A stretch of DNA of 64,000 nucleotides from Phaeosaccion multiseriatum. Taxonomy: Eukaryota > Protista > Ochrophyta, other classes. Where the stretch lies: NCBI GenBank assembly GCA_965112735.1, contig OZ218962.1, forward strand, positions 434,001 to 498,000, given 5' to 3'. Both the position numbers and the translations under genes were made by a program. Positions 36,001-48,581 of the stretch are shown here, one piece after another (the first letter of the stretch is position 1; the number at the start of each line of letters is the position of its first letter). The notes under the pieces are model-generated. The model ran no database searches. It had not been told where the DNA came from and worked only from the letters and a program-made list of their open reading frames with translations.

Positions 36001-38759
36001 GCCCTTGATACCCCTTCCCCCTCTCCCCCCTCGGTCTCTGTTGACGCTCTCCGCGCGCCATCGGACTTCGCTTCTGTCCCCTGGGCTGCTGCTGCCACTG
36101 ACTTCGGCGCCAGGGCAGGAGGGGGAGTGGGAGTGGGGGGGGGTGGCATCGCCGATACCTCCCCTCCTCCTCCCGTCCTCTCTGCGGCCCCTTTTGTGGC
36201 CACTGCCACTGCCGCTGCTGGTCGTGCTGCCGCGAGTGTGCGTCTGCTAGAGGGCTTACCCAAGTCCTCACTCTCCACGAGCTCGCTGCTATCTCCGTCC
36301 CCCTCCTCGTCATCACTCTCGTCGTCCTCCTCCCTCTCCCTGTCTCTCCGCTGCTGCTGCTGTTTCTGCGCTTGCTCCTGCTGCTGCTGCTGCTGCTGCT
36401 GCCCCTGCATCACCTTCTGTTGCTGATGCTGCTGTCGCTGCTGTATCACCAACTGCTGCGGCTCAGCGCGCTTCCTTCTCACGGCCTCTTGGCTGGGGGT
36501 AGCGTACTTGCCTCCCGCGGTGGCGGCTTCCCAAAGCACCCCGCCCCCCTGGGTTCTCTTCGCACACACCTTGGGCCCGGTTAGCCCCTGCTCCGGCCCC
36601 TCCTCCTCCCCCTCCTCCTCCTCCTCCTCCTCCTCCTCCTCCTCCTCCTCCTCCTCCTCCTCCTCCTCCTCCTCCTCCTCCTCCTCCTCCTCCTCCTCCT
36701 CCTCCTCCTCCTCCTCCTCCTTCTCCCCGTCCTCATCCTCTTCATTTTCTTCACCAGTCTCTCCCTCGTCGCGTTCTCTGTCGGCACCAGCTTTAGCTTT
36801 GGCCTCAGCCCCAGCCTCAGCCTCTGTCTCACCCTCATCATCTTCGTCAGTCTTGCTCTGCTCCGCCCTTTGCCGCTCACCACCACCGCCACCACCACCA
36901 CCACCACCACCACCACCACCACCACCACCACCACCACCACCACCACCACCTTCTCCTTCTCCTTCCGCTTGCTCCACACAAGGCCGTGCTTGACCTTTAC
37001 CGTCCTTTGCTGGCTCTGCAGCCGCCGTCGCTACCAATTGTGACGGAGTAGCACCCGTTGTGGCAGTCGTAATACCTCCTCCTTGTTCTCCCCCATCTAC
37101 TGCCATCGCCCCATGCACTGCCATCCCCTCCTCCGCCTGCAGAAGACCACTCCTCTCCTCAACGAGTCCCTTCCTCTCCTCCCCCTGCCCCCCTTGCTGC
37201 TCCCCTTGCGCTCCTTCTTGGTGATGTTGTTGATGGTGCTGCCCTTGTTGTCCTTCGTCTTCCTCCACTTCGATTTGCGTGGCTTGGACTTCTTCTCCCT
37301 CGTCCTCCTCCCCCTCCTCTTCCTCCTCGTCCTGCTGCTGCTCCTGCTGCTGCTGCTGCTCTTTCTTCCCCTTCTCCTGCTCCTCTTCCTTTTTCTCCTC
37401 CTCCTCGTGCTCCTCTTCCTTCCGCCCCTTCTTCTTCTCCTCCTTGTCCACCACCTCCTCCTTCTGCTCTACTTCGATGCCGCAACCGGCCGTCCCAGCA
37501 ATAGCGGCACGAGCCCCAGTTGGTGATACAACAACCTCCTCGCCACCATCAGCGCCCTGAAGCTCATCGCTGCTTCCACCGCCTTGCCTGGGAGCAGCTT
37601 CGTCTCGGGCAGCCGCGGCCGGTGATAGAGCAGCAGCAGTTGGTGATAGAGCAGCAGCAGTTGGCGTATTGTGCTGGGGCTCACTTCCTTGCACGCCCTG
37701 ATCCCTCTGCCCTGAGCGTACAACAGCTTCTGGCTTTGCCACCACTGCATCACCAACTGCAACTTCTTCCACCCGCCCTGATCCCGCTGCGGCTGATGCT
37801 GCTGCTACTACTTCTGTCTCACCAACTGCAGTATCACCGACTGCTGCTGCTGCTGGTGGCGGTGACAGAGCTGCTGCCATCGGTGGCGGGCTTCGCTCCT
37901 TCTCCTCTGCGCCAGCCTGCCCTTGGTAAGATTCGTAAGGGTCTTTTATTCGTTCTCCGTCTCCTGGTGTCTCTCCTTTTCCCCCTGCTGTACCACCAAC
38001 TGCTGCTGCTGCTGCTGAATCATCAACTGCTGGTGCTGGTGCTGGTGGTGCTGGTGGTGTTGGCGGTGCTGGTGGTGGTGCTGCCGCTGCTGCTGAGACG
38101 GGTGCTACTCCTGATTCCACTATTGCTCCCTCTGAAGGCATGCTTACCCCCTGTGCCTGTGCTGCCGCTTCACTTGGCCCCTGCGCCTCCTTCTGCTCCT
38201 CCTCCTCCTTCTCTTCTTCTTGAGCAGCAAGAGGTGGAGTTGCTGTCAGCTCCACAGGTCCCTTCGCCACCGTGGTGGTTTCTGCTGGGACGGTCGCTCT
38301 CACTCTGTCAGCACCGCCAGCGCCTTCCCCTCCCACTGCTTGGACTGTATCACCAGCCGCTGGTGTATCACCAACTGCTGCTGATGCTGATGCTCCTTGA
38401 CTCTGTGCGGATTCAGCACGAGCTGCGGCTGATTCACCACCTGCTACCTCATCATTTGCGCCCACTTCACTCCTCTTCCTTCCTGCAACAGTTTGTGGTG
38501 TGGATTCCTCGGCCCCTCCTTCAGCTGTTGTTGCTCCTGCTGCTGCTTCTGCTCCTTCTCCTCTTCCTCCTCCTTCCCCTCCTCCTACCACTGCTGGAGC
38601 TGCTGGTCCGGGTTCCCGTCCTCTTGTCAAAGGAGGAACTTCAAGTCCCTTGCCCGAAGTCGTTGCCGTCTTCCCCTCCTCTTGCTCCTCCTCCAGAGCC
38701 AACTGTGAAGAAGCACTCGAACCCAACGACGACACCGCCAACGACTGCAACGAGCAAGA

Positions 38760-38794
<35 letters not shown>

Positions 38795-39832
38795 GAGGAG
38801 GAGGGGGGGGCGGAGACAGTGACAGACCCAAGGACGCTGGCCATTGGGCGCTGCACGACGATCCTGTCGACGAGGGTGCTGAGCTCGCTGGGGTAGCTGG
38901 GGTAGCTGGGGTAGCTGGGCTGCGACTGGGGTGGCCGCACTGGTGGCTGCCACTCATGCGATTCTTTGCTGGTGACGGGGGGGGGGTCTCTAGCAGCTGC
39001 TGTTGCTGTTGCCGCGAAGGAGGAGGGGCAGATGGCGAAGGGCTCGAGGGAGAAGTCGAATCCACCCCCCCCATGCCAATGCCATCCTGTGAGCCCTGGT
39101 GACTCGGGGTGGCTAGCTGGGAGGGCAGAGCCCCCTCACAGCCCACTCTTCCTCCCCTTCGGCCTCCTGCTGCACACGTCTCGTCCGAGGAGTGAGCTTC
39201 ACCGCTGCGACTCTGCCCCGGCTGCCTTTGCCTCTTGCGCCCCCTCACGCTGGGACCCCTACTACTGCCTTGGCTAATGCTGCTGGCCTCACCGCTGGCG
39301 CCGCTGCTGAAGAGACTGCCGAACGATTCCTGCCATTTGCACTCACTCCCACTCTCGCTGCCGTCGACGCTCTCGTCCCCATGCTCCGAGTGAGGAGGAG
39401 GGACGGCAGCAGCAGCAGCAGCAGCACCACCACCACCACCACCACCACCAGCAGCAGCAGCAGCAGCAGCAGCAGTTGGTGAAACAGCGCCTCCAGCCGC
39501 CCTGGGAGGAGTCGAATCTCGTTGCTGTGCAGAGCCTACTTCGGGTCCGTTGTCGGCTTCGCTCTCCACCCCAGCCCCCTCACGCAACCCCGAGGTGGAA
39601 TCATGGCCTGACACGGAGTCAGCAGTCGGTGATGCTGGTGCCGAGGGCTGCTGCTGCTGCTCATGCCCCTCCTCGCACGCACGGCTCCCTCCATCCGGCT
39701 CTGCGACTTTTTTCTCCTTCCTTAGCTCTTCGTCCTCCTTTACCTCTCCTTCTCCCCTCCCACCTCTTTCTCCAGTGGGAGATGCTGCTCGTGCTGCTGC
39801 CGGTGCTGCATCTCCTTCGGCCACACGCAACA

Positions 39833-39869
<37 letters not shown>

Positions 39870-40508
39870 CTTCACTGCCTGGTCGACCTCTTCCACTCCG
39901 GCGGCACTCTGCTCCCCCTGCTCCTCCTGCTCCTCTTGCTCCTCTTCAAAACTGAGTCCACTGAGAGACCCCCTCCAGAGCTGACTGAAAAGCCCTTGGG
40001 GAGGGGGCATGCTGACTGGGCTAACATCACTGGCGGCAGCAGCAACACCAGCAACACCAGCAGGAGAGGAAGTAGAAGTAGTAGAAGTAGTAGCAGTAGT
40101 AGTAGAGGTAGAAGTAGTAGCAGAGGTAGTAGTAATAGTAGTAATGGCTGACCGCCCAACAACAGCGTCGGTAGAAGGGGGGACAGGGTCAACTCGGGGC
40201 CCGCTTCCTTCTCCTACAGAGGACTCGAGTGGCGGCGGACGCGCTGGCCTCTGCTGCTGTATCACGGACTGCTGCTGTTGCTGAGAAATCTGAGCTTGTG
40301 ACCCCGCACCAGCTGCAGCACCATCAGCAGTACCACCAGCAGCTGCGCCACTAGATGAGGCCCCTGTGGAGCAAGCGGGACTACAACTCAGCAAGTAATC
40401 GAACGCCCCTGTTCCCTCGTGCTCCTCCTCCTCCCCCTCCTCCTCCTCGTCCTCCTCATCGTCTTTCCGCTCCTGCTTGTTCTCCCCGCCTTCTTTCCCC
40501 TCTCCCAT
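30026..40508 (-). CDS. Giant (~3400 aa) mostly disordered E/A/Q-rich protein with 2-3 small W-rich globular repeats
   Basis: ORFs 40508-33819 and 33577-30026 can be joined in phase 0 by a short intron (CAGAAG|GTGGGA near 33833 ... TTTGCGACAG|ATC near 33557). Repeats read 'W..L...GWT...GTGLV.W.Y.RP...DYF'. Confidence 0.65.
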
Positions 40509-40812
40509 CTCCTCTCGATCTCTTCCTCGACGCCGAATTTCAAAAGGTACCTTTCACCTTCCAGTACTCTTTTCTCGACCCAGCTGCAATCCCCGTCGAC
40601 AAGCCCTCTTTCATTGGACGAGTCTCCTCGCTGTTCACAGCTCAATAATAGGGAGAGGGAGTGGGGGAGTGAAGAGGGTAAGAAGGGGAGGGGGGGGGCT
40701 CCTCCGCTGCTATCTGTGAGACCAAAGTAGAGAACCAACACGTAAACAATTAGGCGGGGGGCTGATTCTTGATTCTCGATTAAGCGCCAACACCTCCCCT
40801 TCTTTCATCCTG

Positions 40813-41268
40813 ATGACTCTCCCGAAATGGATAGATCTTCCACCCGTCTGGCTTGTCGCTTTCGTTGCGGCTGCGTTTGCCCAAGGGCGCTACTTTGGTA
40901 GCGGTCTGAGCTTCCAGGCCCTCACTCCGATGGGGGGAGTGCTGATCGGAGCAGGCGTGCTGCTGGTTATTCTTCCCGCAGCACAGATGCATCGTCATCA
41001 GACCACGGTAATACCTCATAGAGACGCTACACATCTGGTCACCTCTGGCTTCTTCGGGTACTCACGCAACCCCATTTACGTGGGCGATGCCTTGGTCCTG
41101 GCGGGATGCATTCTTCTCTGGGATGCGGTGCTGGCCCTGCCTGTACTACTGCCCCTCTTCGTGGTGGTCATAGAAAAGCGCTTCATAGTCCCGGAAGAGG
41201 CAGGCCTGCGACGAAAGTTTCCCGCTGAGTTTTCGCGCTACTGCCAAGGCACAAGACGCTGGGTGTGA
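40813..41268 (+). CDS. Isoprenylcysteine carboxyl/phospholipid methyltransferase-family membrane protein, intronless, bacterial type
   Basis: 151 aa with hydrophobic helices and the family motifs 'LVTSGFFGYSRNPIYVG' and 'EE..L...F..EF..Y...TRRWV'. Confidence 0.9.
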   Translation: MTLPKWIDLPPVWLVAFVAAAFAQGRYFGSGLSFQALTPMGGVLIGAGVLLVILPAAQMHRHQTTVIPHRDATHLVTSGFFGYSRNPIYVGDALVLAGCILLWDAVLALPVLLPLFVVVIEKRFIVPEEAGLRRKFPAEFSRYCQGTRRWV

Positions 41269-42138
41269 AAAGACAGATGCACCACCCCAAGCGTGGAGGC
41301 TCTTTACTTGAGTGCACCTACGTGAGCACAGAGTTTACCTTACCTTTGCCACCGCTTTGGCTCTGGCACTTATGTGGGCGAGTACCCTCACTGCGAGGGG
41401 GGGGGGGTCGGTGCCTCCGACGACGTCGTTGTTGAAGCTCTGTGGCAGCCTTGCAAGAGAAAGAACGCCCATGGCTATGGAAGATGCGCCAGAGACGGCC
41501 TAATCGGACGAGAGTTGGCGCGCGAGGGGGCGAGAAAGGCCGCAATTGCTGCTTTATTTTCGGAGATTTTGAAAGAGTAAACCATAGGCATTGGGTGGAG
41601 GCGCGCCGACGGAGGGATGGAGACAGATGAAAATGTCTCTCGTCTTCCACGATTATTAGCGGGAGGGAGACAGAGAAGAGGGAACGTGCACAAGTACCAG
41701 AGAGATGAAACGTTTGGGGCGGGGGTGCTTCAGTTACGGTGCAGAGGCCAGTACTTGGTTGCTGCGTGTGTGCCTAGACTGACTGCCTTGAACGCATTCA
41801 TGTATCGGCGCCTTTCCCTTGCCTCCCGTCTGACTGCACGAGCGACGACTATTGCCCAGCAGAGGCCGGCGGCCGTGTAGCCGTGGGCGTGCGCGTGCGT
41901 GAAGCGGAGCTGTTTTGTTTCTCCCTCTCCTCCCTCCATTCTCTCTTGGTGCCTGGTGTCGGGTGTCGTGTTCGTAATGAAGTGTAAATGTACGAAAGTA
42001 CCCTTTCAAAATACGTGAGGCCCCAGCACGCCAGTGATATGATATCCATTTGAGACACGCTTTCCACGGTCGCCTCAAAGGAGCCTTATGTACTGTTATG
42101 GGACGACAAACGATCCAAGGAGGAAGCATCACTCCTCA

Positions 42139-43125
42139 TCATCCTGAGACGATAATGTTAAAGAAATGAAACACCTCCTCGCAATCCACCACCCCCACGT
42201 CGGTGCCACACTCTTCGCACGACACCGGGTGGTACTCGTCCTCCGCCAGGTCGTCGCACTCCCCGCCCTCCTCCCCTGGCCCTAGCCCTGACCCTGTTGC
42301 TGGTGGTGATGAGGGCATCGTCGTGGCAGTCTGCCCCTGCAGACCTCCTTTCCCGTAGCGAAGCTTCTCGCGCTGATTGATCTTGACCCCAGTGGCAAAC
42401 ACGGCTCGGTACTGCTGCTTGTAGCGAACGTGCCGCTGGCAGTCCATGCACACCACACTAAAGCACATGGGGCAGCTGAGCTGGCCATCAGACCCGAAGG
42501 TCGCACACCCGCCACCATTCGCCTTCTTCTGCCTCTCCTCCTGCTGCCGCCGCTGCCGCTCCACTTCTTCCCTCTCTCTCTGCTTCCTCCTCCGCTCCCT
42601 CTCTATTGGTCCCACTGTCGGCCCCTCCGCTGCCGCCGCCGCCGCCGCTGCTGTTGCTGCTGCTGCTGCAGCTGCAGCTCCCTGCTGTTGCTGCTTCTCC
42701 TGCTCCTGCTGTACTAATCGCTCTTGATACGCCAGAGCTGCTCCTTGCCGATAGTGCTTCTCTACCCACTCCCCGTTCCCCTCGTCCTGCGGGGCAGAAG
42801 AGGGCAAGGTCAAAACGAAGGGGGGGATCAGCTTATAGGAACGTGATTGTATCTTCATTGTTTTCCACCCTCCTCCCTCCTCTCCTTTCCCTCGCTTTCT
42901 CTCTACCATCTCTTTGTCTCTTCTCTCACTTCTCTCCCCCCCTCTCTCTCTCGATCTCTCTCGCCACCCTCTGCTTGAGGAACTCACTCCTTGCCCGTCG
43001 TAGAAAACGTCTTCATCCTTTCCGTACAGAAAACCCTTCTGCATCGTCTCGTCATCCTCATCCTCGTCACTGGAGTAGACCGTGCCATCGGCATACTTTC
43101 GTTCCTGCTGCTTCCCTTCGTCCAT
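42139..43125 (-). CDS. EAPP: E2F-associated phosphoprotein-like (Eapp_C zinc-binding domain)
   Basis: 'SDGQLSCPMCFSVVCMDCQRH..YKQQYRAVF...YHPVSCEECGTDVGVVDCEEVFHFFNI'. Probable 201-nt intron at 42987-42787 (GTGAGT...CAG). Confidence 0.88.
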   Translation of the reverse strand: MDEGKQQERKYADGTVYSSDEDEDDETMQKGFLYGKDEDVFYDGQGVSSSSRGWRERSRERGGERSERRDKEMVERKRGKGEEGGGWKTMKIQSRSYKLIPPFVLTLPSSAPQDEGNGEWVEKHYRQGAALAYQERLVQQEQEKQQQQGAAAAAAAATAAAAAAAAEGPTVGPIERERRRKQREREEVERQRRQQEERQKKANGGGCATFGSDGQLSCPMCFSVVCMDCQRHVRYKQQYRAVFATGVKINQREKLRYGKGGLQGQTATTMPSSPPATGSGLGPGEEGGECDDLAEDEYHPVSCEECGTDVGVVDCEEVFHFFNIIVSG

Positions 43126-43381
43126 CTATCTGATCTCCGATTCTGGCGGTGCTCTTGATTCTTGATGCCGCTTTGCACCTTCGCTCAGCCGCTATTAGCA
43201 GAGAAGGACGACAGCGTCCACGAAGAATAAATGAATAGAGGGGGGTTGCCTAAAGCGAGAGGGATAGAGGATCGGAACGATGGAAGGAGAGAGAAAGGGA
43301 GGGGGACGAATATGTCAGTGATTGAAAACTTGGAGGGGCGAGGGGCGACCATTCAACAAACATCAGCCCGCAGAGAGCAGG

Positions 43382-43572
43382 ATGGTCAAGCAAAAGAAGC
43401 CACAGACGAAAGGAGGAGGGAAGCAAAGTAAATCGCAGACGAAAGGAGGAAGAGGGGGAGCGAAAAAGGTAAGATACAAGACTCGCTCCAGCCAGAGAGT
43501 TGGAGTGATTCTTTAAGTAAGTCTCTCCTCTCCAACGTTTCACTACTCTTATGGAATACGATATCCTGACTC

Positions 43573-43634
<62 letters not shown>

Positions 43635-45329
43635 GATTCTCTGTCTCTCCCTCTCTCCCACTCTCTCTCTCTCATGTGCTTCACCGGCGCCCCTCGTCTC
43701 TCTGTCTCTCGTGCCCCCCCTCTTCCGTTTCTCGTCCTTCCTCGTCTACCGCGGCATGATTTTCTCTCTCCCAGAACACGGGTAAAAAAGGAGGTCGTGG
43801 GGGGGGGGGGGGGGCAAGCGGGCGGCAAGAAGAGACCCGCCCACTTCGTAGCAGCAGCGGCCCTGGCCAAGAAGCTCCCGCCAATGAAGGTCAGCAAGCC
43901 CTGTGGTGACTGGGCGATAGGGAGAGAGGGAGAGGGGGGGGGGGGGAGTAGTAGGGGGGGCGGGAGGGTTCATCTCCTCAACCTTGTGCATCCTCTAACC
44001 TCACGTGTTGGTCATCTGCACGTATCCGCTCGTCTATGCGATTCACTCGAGAGCCCTTGACCCCTTCCTCTTCTCCTCTGCACACCCCACCCCCCACCCC
44101 ACAGGCGGTGACGTACTCTGCTGACGACGTCATACTCGTGTGTGGCGACGGAGACTTTAGCTTCAGCAGGTCAGTCGGGCTCCTAAGTCAGGGAAGGAGC
44201 GAAGTCTGACTAACCCCAGACCACAGCCGAACGTGAAGCTCTCTTAGCGCCCTTCCCCTCCTCCCGCCCGCCCGTACGGAACCCAGCCCTTATCGCTGGC
44301 ACCGCCCCTCAACGCTCAACGCCCTCCTGCCTCTCTCCATCTGTTACCATCTACTACTACCTATGCATTCCAATACATTGCCGTGCATGTGCACTCAGAG
44401 GCCTGATCCGCCAGCGAGCGAGCGACTGCCCCGGTGTGTATGCCAAGGGCCGCGGAGTCGTGGCCACCTCGTTCGACACCCGTGCAGAGGTACTGAATGT
44501 CCAACTCCTGACCCTCTAAACCTCTATATGCCGGGCCCTTGTCCTACTCAGCCATCTATACCCCATATACCCGTATACCGATGTACCTACACATGATGCA
44601 GGTGCTGGAGAAATATCCATCTGCCTACAGATGGCTGGACAAGCTCCGTAAGCACGGGACGAAGGTGCTGCACGCCGTTGACGCCACACGCCTGGAGGAG
44701 AGCCTGCTGAGGGGCAGCGGGTTGTTAGAGGAGGGAGGGGGGGCAGGCAGCAGCAGGGTCATGTTCGACAAGGTGAGGGGCAGTGGGTTGTTAAAGAAGG
44801 AGAGCTTCGCTGATGAGGCGGCGGGTTGTTAAACGTTGGGGCAGTGGGTTGTTAGAGGGGGCTTTTGCTGAGGGGCAGTGGGTTGTTAGAGAGGAGGGAG
44901 TTTGGCTGGGGGGCAGTGAGGGCGCTCGATGAATCCCCCCCCTTTTCCCTGTCCTCCCCTCCCCCAACCTACGTAGCCTTCACGTACACTCATTCCTCTT
45001 CCCCCCACCCTCCTCGACCCGCTATGGACGTGCGTGTCCGTCTCAGATTGTGTTTAACTTCCCCCACACGGGGTCGCAGCGATGCCACCTCAATCGGAAC
45101 CTCTTGAGGGATTTCTTTTTGTCTGCGAAGGGCTTGGTCAAGCCTGCCGACGAGGGGGGGGAGGTGAGGGAGGGAGGGAGGAAGGAGGGAGGGAGTGAAA
45201 GGAGGAGGAGGAGGAGCTTGGAAGGGAACAGAAGAGGGGAGAGGGAGGCAGGGAGAGAACACGTTCACTCACGAGGGATGCAGCTTCTGGTCAGAAAAGG
45301 ATCTTCTTTCTTGCCCCCCCAATCTTGCG

Positions 45330-45428
<99 letters not shown>

Positions 45429-47156
45429 CCCTCTTACTCTCCTCCCCCATCTCTCCCTCTTTGCCTCCCTCTCCCTCTCCCTCCCTCTCCCTCTCCCTCT
45501 CTCCCTCTCTCCCTCTCTCCCTCTGCAGATCCACGTTACCCTGAAGAGCCATCCACCGTACAGTGAGTGGGACGTTAGGGCTCTCGCCGCGGGGAAGGCG
45601 GGCGCAGACGCAGATACACCAGAAGCAAGGGCAGAGGCAAGGACAGGGGCAAGGACAGGTGTAGCAGGCAAGACAGACAAGGCACCCAGAGGATTGATCC
45701 TCATCAAGACTCTCCGCTTCGACCCGGCGTAAGTAGAGTGGCACGAGGAGGGGTGGGGTGGTGGGGTGGTGGGGTGGTTGGGTGGTGGGGCTGCTGCGAA
45801 GGTTTGCTCAGCAGTGTGCTTCGTGATGATTGATACGGGTCTTGTCTCGCTCACCTTCTCAATCTGAGGTTGCTGTCTGCACTGATTGATAGCAGTGCAC
45901 TATTTTTAAGCGTTGGTGTGTGGTGCTGTTGGAATCCCATCGACGAATCAGTCGCAACACATTTTGTGGTGTCTATGTGATCAGTTCCATCCAAACTCAA
46001 CCAACCAACCAGCCAACCAACCATCCAAATGCCATCCTCAATTCAATGCATGTATTCCACGCACAGGGAATTCCCTGGCTACCGTCACCAGACCACCGAC
46101 CCCAGTGCCAAGGCCTTCGACAATAGCAAATCCAACACTTTCGTGTTCGGAAGGCCCCGAGATCCGAGGGGTCTGGATGCAAGGATGGAGGGGGAAGGGG
46201 GAGGGGAGGGAGGGGAGGGAGGGGAGGATCATCTGGCGTGGTTGGATAGACTGGCAGAGGAGATTCCGGAGGACGAGACGACGAGGTTGGCTGTAAATGA
46301 TGAGGATGGAGATAGTGATTGTGCTTACGAGCAGCAGCAGGGGCAGCAGCAGGAGGGGGAGGAGGAGGAGGAGGAGGAGGAGGAGGAGGAGGAGGAGGAG
46401 GAGGAGGAGGAGGAGGAGGAGGAGGAGGGAGACGAGGACTCCAGAGATGCGGAGGAAGCTTTCGCCGCTGCACTCCTTGCCAGCGAAGAGGACGACGATG
46501 AGGACGAGGAAGAGGAAGAGGAAAGGGAGGGGGCAGATTGGGAAGATGACCTCGAGAGCGGCGAGGACCTGTCTGACACTGAGACTCACAGCGGTGGGCC
46601 TGCTGCTGTATCACCTACTGGTGGGGAAGCCTTGGGTTTGGACGCGCGTGTGGCGGCCCTTCTGGAAGGGTACAGCGACGACGAGGGCATCCCCGCTGAA
46701 GGGGTGGAGCTCATGCGGGAGGCGGATGCCATGTTGAATGAGGGGAGCGATGACGACAGGAAGGCCGCCGCCTTTGCGTTCGCTACAGGGAGGGCGGGTG
46801 GGGAGGGCATAGGCAAGGGTATGGGTAGGTCGCCGCCACACGCACACGCCGAGCGGGGAGGCTATGCGGGAGGGTCCAAGAAGAGGAAGAGAGGAGAAGG
46901 AGGGGGGGGGCAACAGGACGACTCGGAAGGAGACTCCGATGAGGAGCAAGAAGGGCGAGAACGAGAACGAAGAGGAGGAGGAGGAGAAGAAGACAAAGAC
47001 GACTCAGAGCAGGATTCCGACGACTACTACGAGCGGGCCGGGGCAGGGAGGGGAGGGAAAAGGCGCACGGATTGGCGGGGCCCAATGGACCCTGAATCAC
47101 CAACTGCCGCTGCTCTGTTTCGGCCGTTCCACCAAGGCCCTTGGGGCTCCCTTTGA
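43382..47156 (+). CDS. BMT5/DUF2431-family rRNA (uridine-N3) methyltransferase with an acidic C-terminal tail, multi-exon
   Basis: Exons give 'ILVCGDGDFSFSRGL', 'VVATSFD', 'VLHAVDATRL', 'FDKIVFNFPHTG...NRNLLRDFF', 'IHVTLK..PPYSEWDV', 'FPGYRHQTT'. Confidence 0.88.
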
Positions 47157-48581
47157 GGTCGATGGCAATCGATGGCAGAGATGGAGCAGGGTGAGGGCTG
47201 TGTGCTCAACAAGGGATCTTAAACTCTTCTTTTCCATTACACGCTTATACCTTCTTGTGATGTTTACAAAGCACAATTCCATGTAGAATACATATAGAGA
47301 AGCACAAAATTCTCATATAGAGAAGCACAAAATTGCACACGCTACTTGCACTGACTTGGGGCCAGTCGTGTGCTCTGCCTCTCTCTTTGCCCTCATATCC
47401 CCCCCCGACCCTAACGCCCCCTCCAAGCCGCAGACTTCGGGCATTAATTTCTCATCTGCTGCCTACTACCTGCTGCGATGGGCGCATACGGCATGTGGCA
47501 TCAAACTTGCTCCTCCCCGACCACCTCCTCCTCCTGCTCCTCGTCTGTCTCCTCTCTCTGGTCTCTTACCCTGCGCCTCCTGCTGGTTTCGCTATCACGG
47601 GCTCTGCACAACGCACCGGTCACATAGACAGACACAGCGAACGTAAAAATGAAGGCAGTCACCCCGGCCGACAAGGCAGGGGGAAGGTCGAACATGGAGG
47701 GCAGGGAGGAGAATAAAGCCAACAAGATCCAAGGGCCAAGTTGAACCAGTGCTTCGCCCGCCTGCCTGGTTGTCTCTCCTGTCCGCAAAGCCAAGTCACC
47801 GCGTAAAGTCGACGATGTTCCTTCTCCTCCTGCGCCCAACGTGCTCCTCCTGCTCCTCTTGTCCCTGCTGCTGTGGGTGGTGGAGACACTGTGGATTCGC
47901 CCGCGAAGTTTTCCGTGGAGATGCGTGCTGCTTTTTGCTTCTTAACTCCCCTTCTAACAGCGGCGTGGTTGGCCTTTGCTGCACGATCCCCTGTCCTGTT
48001 CATTGGGGAAGGGGAGAGCGCAAAGAAGCCCTTTAGCCTATGGGAAGCCAAATAATGAAATGGCTCGATGGAAAGAAGGGACAAAAAAAAATGGAAGCCA
48101 ATAATTGAAAGTAGTAAGTCAATGATTCGTATGCCTCCACCCATCTCTTTTTCTTTCTTGGCGAAGTATTTACGAGCACTTCGGGAAAAAATAAAGACGG
48201 TGCGTTGGAGGCCCTCCGCGCTTCTCTCCCTTCGGGGAGAGTAAGGTGATTCGGTGGGACTGTGTGAGCTGGGTATGTGGGACTTGGTATGTCCCCCGCA
48301 CGAGAGAGAAAGAGAGAGAAAGAGACGTGGGGAGAGGGAAGGTGGCAGGCAGAGGGGACACGGACTTCTAAGAGAGTGAGATATAATCAGTCTTCCCCGC
48401 CCTCCCTGCCCTCTACAACTTCTCTATACGTGTCCTTCCCCCTCGCGCGCGCGCTCTCTCTCTCCCCAGCGCCTCAGACGCGCCCCGAACCCTTGCTTGA
48501 ACTTGTTGACCACCAGCAGCCAAGAAGTCAAAGGAAAGTCCGCAGAGGAGCGAGAGGCCGCGGCTGAACCCAAACAACAAA

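Noticed and set aside
37520-38896. 458-aa Leu-rich plus-strand ORF and other antisense ORFs over the giant gene
   Set aside because: Shadow frames of GC-rich triplet-repeat coding sequence on the opposite strand.
41312-42132. Several 60-130 aa ORFs downstream of the methyltransferase
   Set aside because: No family motifs, and they overlap in conflicting frames; probably UTR or intergenic.
43799-43814. Apparent frameshift in exon 2 of the BMT5-like gene (run of 16 G where 15 keeps frame)
   Set aside because: Most likely a homopolymer sequencing error; there is no evidence for programmed frameshifting or pseudogenisation.
47333-48144. Short ORFs between the BMT5-like gene and FtsH
   Set aside because: No recognisable motif or convincing splice model; a small gene cannot be excluded.
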